A stretch of 27,307 nt of DNA from a virus (taxonomy: Duplodnaviria > Caudoviricetes): positions 1 through 27,307 of the IMG/VR virus record IMGVR_UViG_3300044708_000098. One strand, given 5' to 3'. The first letter of the stretch is position 1, and each line of letters opens with the position of its first letter. Below the pieces are notes generated by a model. The model worked only from the letters and a program-made list of their open reading frames with translations, did not search any database and was not told the origin of the DNA. The translations under genes were made by a program, and so were the position numbers. Shown here piece after piece: positions 23,744 through 27,307 of the stretch.

Positions 23744-24035
23744 GATGCCCATGAGGACCGCCACGAAAATGTCCCGCAAGCGCAGACTGAGACCCCGCCG
23801 CAACGCTGGCCCACTCGCTCAGTTGGGCATCCAAGCCGGATTGCCGACAGCGGTGGAGCGGGCAATCGCGCTGGAGTGCTCCGTCTCGCACCTGCACCAC
23901 TGTGAACGCGGCGCCGTAATGCCTGGCTTGGACCTCATTGACCGCATGGCGAAGGCGTACCGAGTCAAGCCGAACGTAGTCGAAGTCGCTGCCCACGAAT
24001 GCTGTGTCCTGCTGGAACGGAGGATCGCCCCATGA
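23742..24035 (+). CDS. XRE/Cro-like helix-turn-helix regulator
   Basis: AVERAIALECSVSHLHHCERGAVMPGLDLIDRMAKAYRV. The true start may be ATG 23751 (leaderless) or 23768. Confidence 0.78.
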   Translation: MMPMRTATKMSRKRRLRPRRNAGPLAQLGIQAGLPTAVERAIALECSVSHLHHCERGAVMPGLDLIDRMAKAYRVKPNVVEVAAHECCVLLERRIAP

Positions 24036-24262
24036 GTGACCTGTCCGCTGTCTCGCCCGCGTTCGCTGCCGCGTTCGCCCGCTATCGGGAGGGTGATTTC
24101 GAACCGCTGCGTGCCTACTACTCGCTGGTCCCCGGCAAGCAATGGGGGGTCTGCTTTGCCTGTGAGACCCCCGGCTGGGTCGCGCCCTCGGGCCTGCTCG
24201 GCAAGCTGACCTGCTCGGACTGCGAGGCTGACATCGCGGCTAACCTCGGGGGTGCGGTGTGA
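24032..24262 (+). CDS. Small Zn-finger protein (CxxC...CxxC)
   Basis: ATG 24032 with GGAGG; CFAC...CSDC. Confidence 0.62.
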   Translation: MSDLSAVSPAFAAAFARYREGDFEPLRAYYSLVPGKQWGVCFACETPGWVAPSGLLGKLTCSDCEADIAANLGGAV

Positions 24263-24552
24263 AGATGTTTGTAACAGGCCTCGATGGCGTGGTTGCCCAA
24301 GCTCCGGACGGGAGATTCTGGTCGCGCACCGAACAGGATGGTAACGCACAGCTCCCAGTTGGCGACGACGACGGATTCGGCCCGATTGACAAGGCTCGGA
24401 TCGGCAATCCCAAGTTCTGCCACAAATCCACAGACATGACATGGGACCCAGAGCGAGCGGGGCGCACCAATCCAGAGCACGACGCGCTGAGTAAATGCAC
24501 GCTTGTCTGGGTCCGTGTTCGCACGATTTACGAACTTTTGGAGGACCGATGA
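24259..24552 (+). CDS. Hypothetical protein
   Basis: GTGA overlap; 97 aa. Confidence 0.62.
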   Translation: MKMFVTGLDGVVAQAPDGRFWSRTEQDGNAQLPVGDDDGFGPIDKARIGNPKFCHKSTDMTWDPERAGRTNPEHDALSKCTLVWVRVRTIYELLEDR

Positions 24553-24881
24553 CCGCTCCCGGTGTCTGCCCTACTCACGGCACAGCCTGGAAACTCGTAC
24601 CCTCCGGCGTCTCCAAAACCACCGGCAAGGCCTACGGGGAGTTCTGGGCGTGCTCGTTCCCTGGCTGCCGGGAACGGCCCGCCAAGCCCGCCGCGCCCCA
24701 GACAACCCAGAACACTACCCCGGCCGGGAAAACCCGCCCTGAGGCAACGTCGGAGCGCACGCTGCTGCTGCTCGGCTGCCTCGACTTCGCCAGCCGGGTC
24801 TTTCAGGGCAGTTCGGACATGATGGGCTCACGGCAACTCGCCTTGGAACTCTACGAGGCATGGAAGGACTACGTCTCGTGA
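24549..24881 (+). CDS. Zn-ribbon protein (CPTHG...GVSKTTGKAY..FWAC...C)
   Basis: ATG 24549 with GGAGG; motif common in phage recombination modules. Confidence 0.7.
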   Translation: MTAPGVCPTHGTAWKLVPSGVSKTTGKAYGEFWACSFPGCRERPAKPAAPQTTQNTTPAGKTRPEATSERTLLLLGCLDFASRVFQGSSDMMGSRQLALELYEAWKDYVS

Positions 24882-25060
24882 GCAAAGGCCAAGTAGTTCA
24901 CCTGTTCGATACGATTGAGGAGGGTCCGATCCTTCTCAGAGACGCGCTGATTAAAGGAATGTCGCCATCCCTCGCAGACGAGTTCTTGGAGTGGGTTTCC
25001 AAGACTCAAGAACACGCCACAAAGCCTCGCACCTGCCCATTTTGCGGAGTTCCTGTATGA
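24878..25060 (+). CDS. Hypothetical protein (60 aa, C-terminal CPFCG)
   Basis: GTG 24878 overlap on both sides. Confidence 0.55.
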   Translation: MSKGQVVHLFDTIEEGPILLRDALIKGMSPSLADEFLEWVSKTQEHATKPRTCPFCGVPV

Positions 25061-25911
25061 CCGCGCTCGACCTGTTCGGAACCGCGTGGCCGGAGCCCGG
25101 CTCGCTCAAGATTCGCAACCGGAACGGTGCCCAGTTCTATGACACCCCCGAGGGCGATATGCCACGCGTGACCGCCGTGCTCAAGTGTGCCGGGCTCGGG
25201 ACCGAAGGACTCATTAAGTGGTCCGCTAACTCGGAGCGCGCCGCCGTGCTGGAGGCAGTCGGCGAACTCCTGATAACCGCCCCCGGACAGTTCACGGTGT
25301 CTGCTGTAGAAAATCGTCTCGGCAAGGCCCGCGCTCACCAGCGCTTGCTCGCCAAAGCCGGGGACATCGGCGCCGAGATTCATGGTCGTATCCAGTGGCA
25401 TCTTCAGCGCGAACTCGGCCTCAAGGTCGGCCCAGAGCCCAGCCTATCCTCCCCCGCTGCCATCGGGTTCTCGTCCTGGCGTGCATGGTGGGTCGGCGCC
25501 AAGCGCAAGCCTGTCCGTATCGAGCAGCCCGTGTGGGACCCGGAGTGGGGATACGCCGGCACCATCGACCTGCTCTCCGAAGCCCTGCCCGGCTGCCCCG
25601 ACACCCCCGCCGGCTCGCTTCTGCTGGACGACTGGAAGTCCTCGACAGGCATCTACGACACTCACCACATGCAGATGGCGGCGTACCTGCGGGCAGCGAA
25701 TAGGTGGGCAGTCGTGGTCCCCGGCAGGCTGGTGCATATCCCGAAGACTGCGGGCGGGTCGCTCGAAGTCGTGCCGCACGAACTCGGGCACCTGTACGAT
25801 GGCCGCACGCTCTCGCTCGACGAACTGCTAGCTGGCTTCAAAGCTGCGCTGACGTTGTGGTCCCTGTTCGTAGGGCCACGGGAGCACGCCAATGTGCCAG
25901 ACCTGCATTGA
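25057..25911 (+). CDS. PD-(D/E)XK exonuclease (RecB/Cas4-like)
   Basis: PRVTAVL, GAEIH, IEQPVW, YAGTIDLL, LDDWKSS, QMAAY. Start ATG 25057. Confidence 0.88.
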   Translation: MTALDLFGTAWPEPGSLKIRNRNGAQFYDTPEGDMPRVTAVLKCAGLGTEGLIKWSANSERAAVLEAVGELLITAPGQFTVSAVENRLGKARAHQRLLAKAGDIGAEIHGRIQWHLQRELGLKVGPEPSLSSPAAIGFSSWRAWWVGAKRKPVRIEQPVWDPEWGYAGTIDLLSEALPGCPDTPAGSLLLDDWKSSTGIYDTHHMQMAAYLRAANRWAVVVPGRLVHIPKTAGGSLEVVPHELGHLYDGRTLSLDELLAGFKAALTLWSLFVGPREHANVPDLH

Positions 25912-26161
25912 TGACGGTAGCATCAGTCAGTTCGTTTACGATGTCATCTGCGCGCACGAGGACGTTTACGACGACGGCTACGAGCCATACGCAGCGCACA
26001 TCGTCATCGGGGACAACAACGTCGAGGATACCCACATCCGGTTCTGCCTCGACCCGATCAACTGTCCGCTCCTACGGCCCGAGACACGATCGTTCCTGCT
26101 GTGGCTCCTGACCATCCCCGAAGAAGAACGTGTCCCTAAACTCAAAAGGACTCCCGCATGA
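25892..26161 (+). CDS. Hypothetical protein
   Basis: MCQTC...HIVIGDNNVED.HI..C; GGAG RBS. Confidence 0.65.
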   Translation: MCQTCIDDGSISQFVYDVICAHEDVYDDGYEPYAAHIVIGDNNVEDTHIRFCLDPINCPLLRPETRSFLLWLLTIPEEERVPKLKRTPA

Positions 26162-26808
26162 GCAGTCTCATTCAGGACCTCGACAAGATTCGCGAGCTTC
26201 AGGGCCGCGACCCGCTCCCGGACCCGACCGTCATCCAAGGTTTCGGGCCGGGCTCCGCTCCCGTGCCGAACTACGACCCCGATGTGCCCGCCGAGTGGCT
26301 GGACCCCGAGCTCGACCAGCACGACCCGCGCGTGAACCTGCCCCCAAGCCCGCTCATCCCGCAGTCCGCTCCGGTGCCGGCGCCTGTTGCCATGCCCAAT
26401 CCTTCCGTGGCAGCAGAGCCGGCCCGGAGCATGAGGACTTCACCACAGTCCGCAGAGGACACGGCGCGGATCGCAGAACTCCAGAAAGTGCTGGAACTCG
26501 TGGAACTGTTGTCATGGAACGGGCAGCCGGCGCCGCTCTCGGACGAGGATCGCGCCGGGGTGCGAGCAATCGTGTTGCGTTCGGTGCAACGACGAGTTGC
26601 CGCAGACCTAGAAGCGGTCGCACCCACGAAACGGAAGCGGCGCACCATCGTTCGCCACACTACAGGCACCCTTGCAACAGGACCGGCCACAGGGGTGGCG
26701 TCGTGGCAAGATTCTGTGCCGACCATCAAGAACGACCCTCTCCCCAACGTCATCACCAACACTATCCCGAAGCGCAAGCGCGGACGGCCGCGCAAGAACG
26801 TAAGTTGA
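26158..26808 (+). CDS. Pro-rich protein with C-terminal AT-hook
   Basis: AAAGGA RBS and ATGA overlap; ends KRKRGRPRK. Confidence 0.75.
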   Translation: MSSLIQDLDKIRELQGRDPLPDPTVIQGFGPGSAPVPNYDPDVPAEWLDPELDQHDPRVNLPPSPLIPQSAPVPAPVAMPNPSVAAEPARSMRTSPQSAEDTARIAELQKVLELVELLSWNGQPAPLSDEDRAGVRAIVLRSVQRRVAADLEAVAPTKRKRRTIVRHTTGTLATGPATGVASWQDSVPTIKNDPLPNVITNTIPKRKRGRPRKNVS

Positions 26809-26813
26809 ACATG

Positions 26814-26986
26814 GTGGGGTGGCGGCGTGGATGGACACGCACGACTCTCGGGCTAGAAACCCGAGCGAAGGCCTGCTAGACAGGAATCTGTTGAACGACC
26901 ATCGAAGCCTCGGTTACTGGTCGGCCCGAACACAAGCAACAGGGTGCAGAAATGAGCAAGCCGGTATCAAGCCCGGCACGCCCCAC
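26814..26986 (+). ncRNA. tRNA-like structured RNA with expanded variable region
   Basis: Acceptor TGGGGTG/CGCCCCA, D-like arm GCGTG-GATGGA-CACGC, anticodon-like arm CTCGGG-CTAGAAA-CCCGAG, T-like arm GCCGG-TATCAAGC-CCGGC. Confidence 0.6.
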
Positions 26987-27008
26987 GACACTCGAAAGGA
27001 GAATTCCT

Positions 27009-27307
27009 GTGAACAAAGCAGAAGCAATGAACGTACCCCAGACCAGCTACATGATGATGAAAGCATTCGACACGAATCCCTTGGACGGGTGGTACAGGAT
27101 CGGCCCCGCAGCCGCCGAAGTTCTTTTGAACAACGGCACCAAGAATCGTCACCTGTCCGAAATCCGGGCCACCTTTATCGCCTCTCAGATCGACCGGGGT
27201 GCTTGGGAGGCCAATGGGGAGTCCATCGTCATCGACGCGGATGGGCGGCTGTGTGATGGACAACACAGGATGCGCGCGGTGGTGATTTGTGGGACCCCGA
27301 TTACGGT
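27009..27307 (+). CDS. ParB/Srx-like DGQHR-domain protein (3' truncated)
   Basis: Not in the track; GTG 27009 after AAAGGAG; IGPAAAEVLLNNGTKNRHL...GAWEANGESIVIDADGRLCDGQHRMRAVV. Confidence 0.8.
   Translation, partial: MNKAEAMNVPQTSYMMMKAFDTNPLDGWYRIGPAAAEVLLNNGTKNRHLSEIRATFIASQIDRGAWEANGESIVIDADGRLCDGQHRMRAVVICGTPIT

Larger units (their letters stand above)
1..27307. mobile_element. Tailed dsDNA bacteriophage (Caudoviricetes) genome segment
   Basis: Terminase, portal, scaffold, major capsid and adaptor lie in one operon. Divergent small early genes are tightly packed with ATGA/GTGA overlaps. No host housekeeping genes. Confidence 0.95.

Noticed and set aside
25057-25911. Cas4-like nuclease as part of a CRISPR-Cas system
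   Set aside because: No other cas genes or array, and no Fe-S cysteine cluster; standalone PD-(D/E)XK exonucleases are routine in phages.
26814-26986. Canonical tRNA-Ser(AGA), intron-containing tRNA or tmRNA
   Set aside because: The spacing, 8-nt T-like loop, ~95-nt insert outside the anticodon loop and lack of CCA do not fit a canonical tRNA, and it is too short for tmRNA. Kept only as tRNA-like.
1-27307. Alternative genetic code / stop-codon reassignment
   Set aside because: Conserved genes are full length under code 11 and end in TAG, TGA or TAA with normal coupling.

Overview
This GC-rich window reads as part of a tailed dsDNA phage genome, probably with podovirus-like head genes. No integrase or host genes are visible. 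A long minus-strand operon (about 19400 to 1) runs in this order: replication initiator with internal iterons, DUF6496-like protein, five beta-rich fibre/lectin-like proteins, small and large terminase, a five-enzyme glycan cassette, portal, scaffold, DUF5309/SU10-type major capsid, four small proteins, a further GT-B glycosyltransferase and a head-tail adaptor. The glycan cassette holds an NDP-sugar C-methyltransferase, a GT2, two FkbM methyltransferases and a GT9. A divergent plus-strand early region (20065 to end) carries ArdC, HNH, XRE-HTH, a PD-(D/E)XK nuclease, many small Zn-finger proteins and a DGQHR/ParB-like protein. Best leads: (1) a methylated-glycan pathway wired into head assembly, suggesting virion glycosylation; (2) three adjacent proteins sharing an N-terminal Cys4 zinc ribbon fused to unrelated receptor-binding-like domains; (3) a ~170-nt tRNA-like RNA with a huge variable region; (4) several structured leader RNAs. 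All family calls come from motif recognition by eye, not database searches. Many starts were moved from the ORF track using RBS and stop/start overlaps.
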